From an uncultured virus (IMG/VR IMGVR_UViG_3300042937_001207) (Duplodnaviria; Heunggongvirae; Uroviricota; Caudoviricetes), in the IMG/VR virus record IMGVR_UViG_3300042937_001207: a DNA stretch of 64,000 bases, one strand, 5' to 3'. Of this stretch, positions 20,724-29,116 are shown piece after piece. A program made the position numbers and the translations under genes. The notes under the pieces were generated by a model. That model made no database searches and was not told where the DNA came from. It saw only the letters and a program-made list of their open reading frames with translations. Position 1 is the stretch's first letter. Each line of letters starts with the position of its first letter.

Positions 20724-21887
20724 CTACATTTTCTCGTCTTTGATGTCAAGGGCATCCATGTCTGCAAGTTCTGAAGCTTCCTTCATTGCTAGTGAATAAG
20801 CCTTTGTCCCTGGGCCTATTGGGTGAGGAGAAGTTCCAATGAATTCATGCATCAAAAGATTTCTAATCAACCAATGAACCGGATAGGAAAGCGGTTCCTT
20901 CATGCTCTTTCTACGGAATTCTGCTGAGTACGCAAGTGCTCGCTGCGCCAACCCCTTAGTGAGGATGTTGTCCTCAATGCAACGCCGAACACCGTCCCAG
21001 CCATCTTTTGCGTATCGCATTATGACCATCTCTATGTCATAGTCCGGCCAAATTCTACGCTGTGCGTCTAGATGGGGGAATATTTCCCATAGCCTGTCAT
21101 AGAACTCTGGCTCAGTCGCAACAACATCGCCTATTCTTCTGACTGCAACTGCGTGAAGAGGTATCCCGACGCGTGTGTTACTCCCTGTTGAGGAGGCTAG
21201 GTCGTAATACTCACAATAAGTTCCGCCGTGTTCTTCGACAATAAATTTAAAAACATCATCTGTTGTCCAGTCGTATATTGGCTTTGCAAAACGAAGAGGT
21301 ATGTTCCGTTTTGAACGATAAGGGACAACTATATAGTTTTCGTGAAGTTTTTGAACCAAAGAGCGATAACGAATCATTGACTCATTTGCCCTAACGCCCA
21401 TGACGAACGCAACTTTTCCCTTTTTGCCCTGCATTGTGTAGTAGTCAATCGTCTGGGGTATTGGCTTATTTGGGTCAAGCCCGAAGTCTTCTGCCTTAAT
21501 CGCCCACTCAGGCATCTGGCGTGTTAGACGGCCCTCTCGTGCACGCTGAGCTGACCAAAGCAGACAATACTGCCTTCTGCCCAAAACCCAAACATCCGTT
21601 CCCATGGGCAAGCAGTACCACTCCATGTCAACCCAGTCATAGTCTCTAACTTCTTCAACAAATTTTACAATTGTCGGACTCAGCATTTCCTCGTCACGAA
21701 AAATTACTTTTACCGGACCGAGGTTCCTCTCTTCGTGTATTTCTTTTGCAAGATAGAGGATTGCGGTTGAGTCTTTTCCTCCAGAAAACTGAATGCACAC
21801 TGTGTCAAAAGTGTCGTAAATGTGGCGCATTCTCTCACGAGCTGCATCAACACACGACATTGATAAAAACATTCGCTGTCTAGGCAT
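20724..21887 (-). CDS. PAPS reductase family protein (IbrA-like)
   Basis: PP-loop FSGGKDS, FRDEE, GVRANESMIR and KPIYDWTTDDVFK. Confidence 0.88.
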   Translation of the reverse strand: MPRQRMFLSMSCVDAARERMRHIYDTFDTVCIQFSGGKDSTAILYLAKEIHEERNLGPVKVIFRDEEMLSPTIVKFVEEVRDYDWVDMEWYCLPMGTDVWVLGRRQYCLLWSAQRAREGRLTRQMPEWAIKAEDFGLDPNKPIPQTIDYYTMQGKKGKVAFVMGVRANESMIRYRSLVQKLHENYIVVPYRSKRNIPLRFAKPIYDWTTDDVFKFIVEEHGGTYCEYYDLASSTGSNTRVGIPLHAVAVRRIGDVVATEPEFYDRLWEIFPHLDAQRRIWPDYDIEMVIMRYAKDGWDGVRRCIEDNILTKGLAQRALAYSAEFRRKSMKEPLSYPVHWLIRNLLMHEFIGTSPHPIGPGTKAYSLAMKEASELADMDALDIKDEKM

Positions 21888-22666
21888 TAGAAATCCGCAT
21901 GCGAACGAATGAAGTCAATCAGCTTGGCAGCCGTTGTGTCTCCTATGTACCCAGGGTCATTTCGTATGTAACGAATAAAGTCGTACCAGTCACGCTGTTG
22001 CGTCGAGTCATCAAAAACAAGAGTGTATTGGACTACAGCTTTTTCTCCGCCTTTGATGTTTACTGCAGAGCTACCACGTGTCACTGCCTCCATTTCGTTT
22101 ACTTCATCTGATGCAACATAGATGTTCTCGTCATTTGAGTTTTTTTCAACAGATGGAGCAACATCGTTCTGAGGCTTAAAAGGATTAACTTCTGGTGGTG
22201 CAATATAGCCAGAGCGGTTGTCATTCTTTGAGCTTCTTATATCATCAACAGAAAGTGATGCTATTTCAAAATCATCCCAACCAAGTTTGTCAAAAAGCTC
22301 TCCGTATTCAGAAGAAATGCTGTTGATTAGCTCAATCAATATTGATTGGTCTGTTTCTCCAAGCTCAGAAGTTTTGTTATCTGCCAATGCAAAAGCTACT
22401 GCCGACTTGTCGCTACCGTCAAAGTCAATACATGCTAATTCGGTCCAACCCATTTGTTTTGCGGCTGCAAGTCTGTGGTTTCCAGATATGACAGTAAATG
22501 TTGAATCACCATTATCTTTCACTACTATTGGCGTCACCTGGCCAAATTCTTTGAAAGAAGAAACTATCGCCCCAATATCGCCACGGCGTGGGTTGTTTTC
22601 AAGTGGGCGCAACTGGCTTATGGGTATGGTCATTTCGGAAAGAGATGGATGTATGTTGCTTGTCAT
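21887..22666 (-). CDS. ParB N-terminal domain protein
   Basis: NNPRRGD...SFKEFGQVTPIVV...ISGNHRLAAAK...ALADNKTSELG. Confidence 0.85.
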   Translation of the reverse strand: MTSNIHPSLSEMTIPISQLRPLENNPRRGDIGAIVSSFKEFGQVTPIVVKDNGDSTFTVISGNHRLAAAKQMGWTELACIDFDGSDKSAVAFALADNKTSELGETDQSILIELINSISSEYGELFDKLGWDDFEIASLSVDDIRSSKNDNRSGYIAPPEVNPFKPQNDVAPSVEKNSNDENIYVASDEVNEMEAVTRGSSAVNIKGGEKAVVQYTLVFDDSTQQRDWYDFIRYIRNDPGYIGDTTAAKLIDFIRSHADF

Positions 22667-22773
22667 TTTTTCTTCTTTGTTTTATTCTTTTTTTTAATTA
22701 TTGAAAAAGAGTAACTTTTATCTGTAGTGAGTTTTTCTGGGAAAAGTTTTTTGTTCTTTTTGTTCAATCTCAT
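22663..22773 (-). CDS. 36-aa Lys-rich small ORF
   Basis: MRLNKKNKKLFPEKLTTDKSYSFSIIKKKNKTKKKK, with ATGA overlaps to both flanking genes. Confidence 0.45.
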   Translation of the reverse strand: MRLNKKNKKLFPEKLTTDKSYSFSIIKKKNKTKKKK

Positions 22774-23108
22774 ACTTGCGACCTAACATTTGCGTTCAGT
22801 GTCCTAAGAGCATCTATTGATGTCCTGAGAGAAAGAAGCTGTTCTCGTTTTGCCCTCACAAGACCCTCGGATATTTTGTAATCATAATTTTCGTCGTTCA
22901 TCTGATAGTCGGCCCAGGCTTCACGCTCTCTGATTGAACCCTTTGCACTGAGATACGATTTTGCCCAGTTTGACTTATAGGCAGCCTCTTTCTTTGCGCC
23001 ATCAACAGCCAGTGTTTCAAAAGCTTCTGTTTCATTTTCTAAAACGGAAACAAGACGCAACAACTCTTCTTCTACTTCAACTTGACTAATGGGGCTATTT
23101 CGTGCCAA
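22770..23108 (-). CDS. hypothetical coiled-coil protein (possibly UvsY-like mediator)
   Basis: 112-aa helical ORF next to the RuvC-like gene. The functional guess is weak. Confidence 0.5.
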   Translation of the reverse strand: MARNSPISQVEVEEELLRLVSVLENETEAFETLAVDGAKKEAAYKSNWAKSYLSAKGSIREREAWADYQMNDENYDYKISEGLVRAKREQLLSLRTSIDALRTLNANVRSQV

Positions 23109-23119
23109 TTTATTTTCCT

Positions 23120-23638
23120 TTACGAATCAATATAGGTCCAGTCAACACTGTCAAGTGCCGATATGTTTAGTTTAGGCCAGTCAAACCGTGATTGTCCATA
23201 GTGAAACAAACCTATTTCTTCTAAAATCCAGGCGTCACACATATCATCGGCCCCGGAGCCAGCCCAGACGATTCCGGTTTTTGCTGATATTGAGGAAACA
23301 ACTTCTGATTTTGCAGCATTGCCCCTTCCGGTGGCAAATTTTGCTCTAACCGTCGGTGGCACATCTATGAAGGGAATTTTAGATTTGAGCAAGCAAAACC
23401 TAACCACACCGCCAAGCTCTCCGATTGAGAAAGCCTGACCGCTCCTAGAAGCAAAAGAGTAACCCTCAATCACTACTATGTCAACTTTACGGCTGACACA
23501 AATTTTAAGTATCTCTTCAGAAATGTCAATGAGCCTTTGAGTCTTTTTATTTTTTGAAGATATGACTCCGTAGTCTCCGCCACATGACCAACCGGTCGAT
23601 GTGAGTGATAGGTCTAAGCCCATTATTGTTTTGCTCAT
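23120..23638 (-). CDS. RuvC-like Holliday junction resolvase
   Basis: IMGLDLSLTSTG, VVIEGYSF, GELGGVV, KFATGRGNAAKSEV and DDMCDA. Start MSKTIMG at 23638. Confidence 0.85.
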   Translation of the reverse strand: MSKTIMGLDLSLTSTGWSCGGDYGVISSKNKKTQRLIDISEEILKICVSRKVDIVVIEGYSFASRSGQAFSIGELGGVVRFCLLKSKIPFIDVPPTVRAKFATGRGNAAKSEVVSSISAKTGIVWAGSGADDMCDAWILEEIGLFHYGQSRFDWPKLNISALDSVDWTYIDS

Positions 23639-23654
23639 TTTGACTAAACTACAC

Positions 23655-23706
23655 CAAAAAGCAAGAAGCCACTGAGGGTTTGATTCCACAGTGGCTCATC
23701 CTTGTA
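23655..23706 (-). terminator. hairpin followed by U-tract (terminator-like)
   Basis: Minus strand caagga-tg-AGCCACTG-loop-CAGTGGCT-tcttg-cttttt. Confidence 0.5.
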
Positions 23707-23835
23707 CAAGGATATTTCTTGCAACGGTTCCCCGCTTAGAAATGGACCACCCCCTCCCTAATTCGTCTTAGGAAATTCTATACCTAGCAGTATTTATAGA
23801 AAGTGGTAATAAATATTCAAATTTCAAAAAGTCTT

Positions 23836-23906
23836 TACACGCAAAAGCCGAGTGCTGCAGGTTGCCCTTCGCACCCGACTTTCGCGCCTATAACGGTCCT
23901 AAGGAT
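23836..23906 (-). ncRNA. candidate structured small RNA
   Basis: 15-bp stem with G-U pairs that close only on the minus strand, capped by agg-GCAA-cct. The 5' single-stranded part is complementary to 23S rRNA, and TATTGT lies ~7 nt upstream. Confidence 0.5.
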
Positions 23907-24044
23907 TACTACAATACACCAAAACTAAATATAAAAAACGTTAAATATAAACAAATTTTTTAGAGTTCTTTTTGAATGTCGCCACCTCATGTATACTTTT
24001 TTTGTGCCCGACTCAACGGCACCAAATCCAAAACAGGAGCAAAA

Positions 24045-24620
24045 ATGTCAACAGCAGTACTCGCACCAACAACCATCACAATGAACATTGCTGGTGGACT
24101 ATCAACGAGCAGCATTGTCACGATGGCTATGCCATTCGCTGGAACAATCACCGGCGCTACCGTCGCAGTCACCACAGCACCAGTAGGTTCGGCACTTACC
24201 GCAGACCTCAAAGTCGGTTCCGGAGTAGCTGCAGCTTTCTCGATTGCCGCCGCTGGAACTTCGGATGCAGGCTCTTTGAACACAGCATCTTATGCAGTCA
24301 CAAACAAAGCCCTAACAAGCAACGTAGCAACACTCACCACAGCAGCACACGGCTACAAGGTGGGCGATGTTGTGAGAGTGGCCGGTGTAGGATTTCCGTT
24401 TGATGGCAACCACACAATCACGGCTGTAGGTTCAACAACAACATTCTCGTACGCAAAGATAAATACAAACGTGTCCTCGGTGGCTTCGTCTGGTGGAACT
24501 GCTGTTTCAACAAGCACAGTCCAATTCGCAGAAGGCGATTTGGTGAGTCTTGATGTATCGGCTGTTGGTTCGAGCACTGCGGGTTCAAACATGACAGTAG
24601 CATTCACTGTTGAGAGCTAA
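24045..24620 (+). CDS. putative virion decoration protein
   Basis: ATG at 24045 after AGGAG, with TATACT -10 near 23993. 191 aa, A/T/S/V/G-rich beta protein with an inserted TTAAHGYKVGDVVRV domain. Confidence 0.6.
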   Translation: MSTAVLAPTTITMNIAGGLSTSSIVTMAMPFAGTITGATVAVTTAPVGSALTADLKVGSGVAAAFSIAAAGTSDAGSLNTASYAVTNKALTSNVATLTTAAHGYKVGDVVRVAGVGFPFDGNHTITAVGSTTTFSYAKINTNVSSVASSGGTAVSTSTVQFAEGDLVSLDVSAVGSSTAGSNMTVAFTVES

Positions 24621-24635
24621 ATAAGCTTTAATTAT

Positions 24636-24675
24636 AAAAAGCACCTCATCCGATATGGGTGAGGTGCTTTTTTTT
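24636..24675. terminator. bidirectional intrinsic terminator
   Basis: AAAAA-GCACCTCATCC-gatat-GGGTGAGGTGC-TTTTTTTT between convergent genes. Confidence 0.85.
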
Positions 24676-24695
24676 ACCCTAAAAACAGCTGGATT

Positions 24696-24998
24696 TTAAT
24701 CTTCCCAGCCATGTTTCGCTAATCCCAAATCAAAAGCTAGTTGAGGGTAGTTTCCTATTCTAGTGTGGCACGGTCTGCAAACGCATATTATGTTGTCTTC
24801 ATCAAGAATCGAGCCACCCTGAGAGCGTCGTTTTAGCTCATGCAAATCAGAAGACATGTTTCGCTGGTACATCTTCTTGCCGTCGTGTTCAGCAAAAACG
24901 GGGCATGCCTCACAGTAGGGTTTCTCCTCAAGAAGCTTTACGACCAGCTTCCTCCGCTCAGCATACTCTTTTTCTTTTTTGCTTGACCTATATCTCAA
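24696..24998 (-). CDS. HNH endonuclease
   Basis: CEAC...DLHELKRRSQGG...DNIICVCRPCH. Confidence 0.85.
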   Translation of the reverse strand: MRYRSSKKEKEYAERRKLVVKLLEEKPYCEACPVFAEHDGKKMYQRNMSSDLHELKRRSQGGSILDEDNIICVCRPCHTRIGNYPQLAFDLGLAKHGWED

Positions 24999-25527
24999 TT
25001 AGGTTGGCCCCGTCGTAGTCGATTTCTTCAAAATTCCATTGGCCATCCAGGGCGGCCCACAGGGCTTCATCGTACGGAGTCGGTTCAATGTCGTTTTCGT
25101 TTAGTTCTTTCCTGTGCCTGATTATAGCTTGTCTGCAAATAACAAGTATGTCGTCATCAGATGAGACTCCGTTTTCAAGCATTGAAACAAGCTCGGCAAC
25201 CTCATTTATTTTTCGTGAAACATAACCTTTGAATTTTTCAATCTTTCGTTTTTGCCCAAGGTAATAATGAGTTGCTTCTGCGAGTAGGGCGGTGCCATCT
25301 TCTCCGAGCGCAGAATACTGCTCCGTATCTGAGGCTATGTCTGCGTCAATGTCCTCAATCTGTTCATTGAGATTTGAAAGGAGAGCATCTAGGCATCTCG
25401 CCCACCTGCCCACATTTTGTGATTCGCGCAAAAACTCACGCTGTTTATCGTTGACTTTATTTTTTATGTCCTGTGCAACCAGGTGTGCAAATGCGTCATC
25501 GCTCATCATGTAATGACCAGTACTCAC
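24988..25527 (-). CDS. hypothetical protein
   Basis: 179-aa helical ORF in the operon. Confidence 0.6.
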   Translation of the reverse strand: MSTGHYMMSDDAFAHLVAQDIKNKVNDKQREFLRESQNVGRWARCLDALLSNLNEQIEDIDADIASDTEQYSALGEDGTALLAEATHYYLGQKRKIEKFKGYVSRKINEVAELVSMLENGVSSDDDILVICRQAIIRHRKELNENDIEPTPYDEALWAALDGQWNFEEIDYDGANLIEI

Positions 25528-25536
25528 TTTGTCTCC

Positions 25537-26322
25537 TTATTTTTTATTCCAATATTCACATAGGTCTCGCTTGAAGTAACACCAGTTGCAAAGCACGGCA
25601 GGTATTGCTTCCCACTGATTTGTATCAAAAGAATTTTTGATTTTGGTGCCAACATCTTCAACCATAACGGATACGGTCCCAGCGTCTTTTTCTGTAAATT
25701 TTTGAGAAAACTTAGTTCCGTCTTTTAGGTACAAAAGTTCAACCAGGTCTATCTCTACATCTTTTGTGTCCGCTAAAACTATTGCGTAAATCAGCAGCTG
25801 TGTGAACTTATCTCCAACATACCTGGCCTTGGGGGTCTTCCCTGTTTTGTAATCGGAGATTGTTGTTAGCCCATTTAGGGTTGACCATCTATCGATGTAT
25901 CCCTTAATCTGAAATCCACCAATGCTTCCGTTGAGTTCAGTTTCCACTCCAGCCGGCACCACATCAATTGGTGATTCAACTTTAAAAATGTTCTCTAGAC
26001 ACCACCACGAGTTCCATCTAAAAGTATTCAACCCATCCTTGATGAACGGCGAGACTTTTTCAGCCCAACCCCCGCTTGCCCAAATAGAAGAACTAACACT
26101 TTTAAGTGAAGCAATGTTCCTGCTCTCTGCCTCAATGTTTAAGTAGAAGTACTCAAGAACATCGTGCACAAAATTACCCATCAGGGTAGCTTCTGTTGGA
26201 GGTTCAGAGAGCTTGTTGACCCTGGAGTATTTGTACTTTAAAGGACATTGAACATATGTCGATATTGACGATGGTGATAGGTATGGGGGCAACTCATATG
26301 GCAAATCAACAGTATTGGTCAC
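25537..26322 (-). CDS. PD-(D/E)XK exonuclease, RecB/Cas4-like with Fe-S cysteines
   Basis: LSPSSISTYVQCP, GNFVHDVLE, KGYIDR, ISDYKTGK, QLLIY and CNWCYFKRDLC. Confidence 0.9.
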   Translation of the reverse strand: MTNTVDLPYELPPYLSPSSISTYVQCPLKYKYSRVNKLSEPPTEATLMGNFVHDVLEYFYLNIEAESRNIASLKSVSSSIWASGGWAEKVSPFIKDGLNTFRWNSWWCLENIFKVESPIDVVPAGVETELNGSIGGFQIKGYIDRWSTLNGLTTISDYKTGKTPKARYVGDKFTQLLIYAIVLADTKDVEIDLVELLYLKDGTKFSQKFTEKDAGTVSVMVEDVGTKIKNSFDTNQWEAIPAVLCNWCYFKRDLCEYWNKK

Positions 26323-26984
26323 TGTGCACCCGATTGAACCTGTCCGTTGAATTCAATTTTTACAACGGTTTCAAGGAGAAACACCATTTGCTCATTGGTA
26401 ACACTGGCCGCATTGCTTGGGACTGGAGCGTTGTTGCTATATGTCTCCCAGTCTTTGCGAAGAGTTGCTTTTTGTTCTGGTGTCATCTTCTTTGTTACTG
26501 ACATGAATGTGTTCCACATCTCAAGCTTTTCTGTATCAACAGGTTCTACAGGGCGAGAAATCTCAGCATCCATTACCTGTTCAATCTCGATTGCGTCTTC
26601 GCTGCGAGCAAGATATAAGCCAATGCCAAATGTTTGAACTGCTTTTTTGAATGCGTCGGAAACGGCTCCCTTTACTTCGTCGCCGTAGTCAACAGCAAGA
26701 CCAGTTGCTTTGATGCGTTTGATTTTTTGGCCACCAACACCGTCCCTAGTCACCTCGTTGCCATCAATCGTGGCAATGACTGTCACATGCGCAACAACAG
26801 AATCGCCAATTTCTGAAAAGTTTTGAACTTTTAGCGACCAGTTCCCAACTCCAATCACCTTGTTCATCCTGTTGACCACTTCACTAACCGGGATGTATGT
26901 AAGTGATGCTCCGCCTTTGTTTAGGCTTCGTTCCATTTCCTGTGGGAATGGCTCTGATAGGAGGTGATAAATTTCGTTGTTCAT
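26319..26984 (-). CDS. Rad52/Rad22-family single-strand annealing protein
   Basis: LTYIPVSEVVNRMNKVIGVGNW...KGAVSDAFKKAVQTFGIGLYL. Start MNNEIY is coupled (TAATG) to the upstream stop. Confidence 0.88.
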   Translation of the reverse strand: MNNEIYHLLSEPFPQEMERSLNKGGASLTYIPVSEVVNRMNKVIGVGNWSLKVQNFSEIGDSVVAHVTVIATIDGNEVTRDGVGGQKIKRIKATGLAVDYGDEVKGAVSDAFKKAVQTFGIGLYLARSEDAIEIEQVMDAEISRPVEPVDTEKLEMWNTFMSVTKKMTPEQKATLRKDWETYSNNAPVPSNAASVTNEQMVFLLETVVKIEFNGQVQSGAQ

Positions 26985-27508
26985 TATTTTGCCTTTCGGA
27001 TAATTATGCTTGTTTTTACTTCGTCTGAAACCTGACAATAATTGTCTGCGTTAACTCCAATTTTTGACAATTCTTTTATGCGCCAGTAAGAGGGTTGAAC
27101 AAAACGTAGCAGTTGAGAAGCGATGTCGTCAATGGTCGCATTCATTTCACCTGAGTCAAGGTCCGTTGACATCTCAACAAGCCTGCGTGTAACAATTGAC
27201 GCCAACGCATCATGGTCCCAAGACTTGCGGTCACTACCTGATTTCTTTTCAATAGTGGTTCCGTCACCTAGGGAAATCATGGGTAGAGAGCCCATCTTGT
27301 CTGCAACTATCTTTGCGGCCGTGTCGTAAACAGAAGAAAATTCTTGCTTGAGGAAATTTAAAATCTTAAGCGATTCGCACAATTCCTCAATATCCACATC
27401 TTGTTCTCTGGCAGCAGAAAAGTTTCTATCAGCGTCCATAAGTTTCTTTGATATTTCCGAAACTTGAACGGCCAACTGCTCTGCATTGAAAATAACTTCA
27501 GTATCCAT
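26984..27508 (-). CDS. hypothetical protein
   Basis: 174 aa containing RKSWDHDAL...PSYWRIKELSKIGVNADNYC. Confidence 0.6.
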   Translation of the reverse strand: MDTEVIFNAEQLAVQVSEISKKLMDADRNFSAAREQDVDIEELCESLKILNFLKQEFSSVYDTAAKIVADKMGSLPMISLGDGTTIEKKSGSDRKSWDHDALASIVTRRLVEMSTDLDSGEMNATIDDIASQLLRFVQPSYWRIKELSKIGVNADNYCQVSDEVKTSIIIRKAK

Positions 27509-27540
27509 TTTTCCTCTTTTTAATAGGGGTGTAATCTGTG

Positions 27541-28845
27541 TTAGATGATGATACTGGTAGGGCGGCGATAAGGCAAGCCTAAACCAGCTAAAAATGTAAA
27601 AGCTCCAACAGCAGAGTCGACTTGGTCATCATGGTCACACGCTTCAGGGAAGGATGACATTTCATCAAGCCAATCGCTCAGCCATGGTCCACGAACAACC
27701 CTCACATTCCCGTTTGCGACAGCTGCGGCAAATGGCCGAGCCCTTGTGAGCTTGTCTCCAGTAGAACGAATACCCATGAAGTCGTAACCTGGAAGTATGT
27801 ATCTTGCGTATTGGTCAACGAGTGCTTTTCCAGACGAGCCTGGTTCTTGCTCCATTCTCACCGATACATTTGGCCCATCTTCCGCAGCTGTTTGGGAAAT
27901 TAGCTGCTCAACCTTGTCGCCCTTCACTCTTGCTTTTTTTACATCAAGAACATAAGCAACGCCGGAATCGTATAAGACAAGCGTGCCCACCGTCCAGTCT
28001 GGATTCGGATTACTGCCAGAAGGCTCCGTGGCTGCAAGGTCCCAGAATCTAACCGCTCGAGCATTCCCCCCGACTGGAGGAACTTCAGATTGGTCAATTA
28101 TCACAAATGAAGTTCTATCAAAAAGGCTTCCAAGGGTTGTCGCCCACCAGTCTCCCTCTTCTAGCCTTCTTCTTTCGATTGGGTCAAGAGCAGCCAGAGC
28201 CTGTCTGTACGACTCAGGGTCAATTCCAGGGTTGTCGGTGAGCAACGAGGGCACAAAGATTCTCCCTGTCTCGACCCCTTCAACAATGAATCTCTGCCTT
28301 ACCCAGTTGGGGGCTGGGTTTGAAGCTGAACGCATCCTCAGTGGAACTTTTGAAAGCTCACCGCTTTTTGGTCTTCTGAGTCGGGAGAACAGGTATCTGT
28401 AGTCGGATTCTCTAATTTCCGTAACCTCATCCATTCCTATAAATTGGAATTCCGAACCTTTGTAGCGGAGGTAGTCATTCGTGTTATTCAGATAACCAAA
28501 GGATATTCTGGCACCAGATGGAAATGTAGCTACATATGTATTGTTGTTCCAGCTTATTTCCTCAACTCCGCCAACCCAGGACTTGAATCTGTCCATCAAT
28601 GCTCCAGGAAGCGACAAGTCGGCGTATGTGCGCCGGAAGAGAATCGCAGAATATCCAGGGACGTCTACATACTGCATCGCAGACATCAACAAAGCGCTGC
28701 TCTTTCCACCCCCAGCAGCTCCACCAAAAAATGCTTCCAACGCATATGTTCTGAGAAACACTTTTTGCGTAATAGACGGTGTTTCAGGGCAAAAATGCGG
28801 TTTTCTTGGTTCTAGGTATTCTAAAACTTTTTGCCAGTTAGTCAT
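27541..28845 (-). CDS. terL: terminase large subunit
   Basis: Walker A FGGAAGGGKS, Walker B IGMDE, ASNP motif, nuclease WDLAA and HDDQVD. Confidence 0.95.
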   Translation of the reverse strand: MTNWQKVLEYLEPRKPHFCPETPSITQKVFLRTYALEAFFGGAAGGGKSSALLMSAMQYVDVPGYSAILFRRTYADLSLPGALMDRFKSWVGGVEEISWNNNTYVATFPSGARISFGYLNNTNDYLRYKGSEFQFIGMDEVTEIRESDYRYLFSRLRRPKSGELSKVPLRMRSASNPAPNWVRQRFIVEGVETGRIFVPSLLTDNPGIDPESYRQALAALDPIERRRLEEGDWWATTLGSLFDRTSFVIIDQSEVPPVGGNARAVRFWDLAATEPSGSNPNPDWTVGTLVLYDSGVAYVLDVKKARVKGDKVEQLISQTAAEDGPNVSVRMEQEPGSSGKALVDQYARYILPGYDFMGIRSTGDKLTRARPFAAAVANGNVRVVRGPWLSDWLDEMSSFPEACDHDDQVDSAVGAFTFLAGLGLPYRRPTSIII

Positions 28846-28885
28846 TCTTGTCCAAATCGATTAGTCGTGCTAAGTTTAGAATACT

Positions 28886-29107
28886 GTGGCACAAAATAAT
28901 CCTAGCGAAAAAAAGTTACAAAAAATGACAAACACACTCCGCCGTTTCTTCTCAAAATTGACTAAAAGGACAACCATCGCCAACATACTGATTGCTTCAT
29001 TTATACTGTTTGTGAGCGTAGGAACATTTTTGATATGGCCACCAGCTGGTTTTATTGCTTTTGGTGTTGCTTGTGGTGCAGTCGGAATATTACTTGGGAT
29101 GGAGTAA
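28886..29107 (+). CDS. small membrane protein preceding portal
   Basis: 73 aa with two hydrophobic segments. Such a gene often precedes HK97-type portals. Confidence 0.6.
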   Translation: MAQNNPSEKKLQKMTNTLRRFFSKLTKRTTIANILIASFILFVSVGTFLIWPPAGFIAFGVACGAVGILLGME

Positions 29108-29116
29108 AAGTACATA

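Noticed and set aside
20..22697. Numerous plus-strand ORFs over the tail module (and minus-strand ORFs over 29117-64000)
   Set aside because: They are antisense shadows of well-supported genes, with no RBS or motifs.
23888..23904. rRNA gene fragment or I-CeuI vector contamination
   Set aside because: The match is only 17 nt, the flanks diverge from both 23S rRNA and the full I-CeuI site, and there is no other vector or rRNA sequence.
25537..26322. CRISPR-associated Cas4 locus
   Set aside because: No array or other cas genes. Adjacency to a Rad52-like gene indicates a recombination exonuclease.
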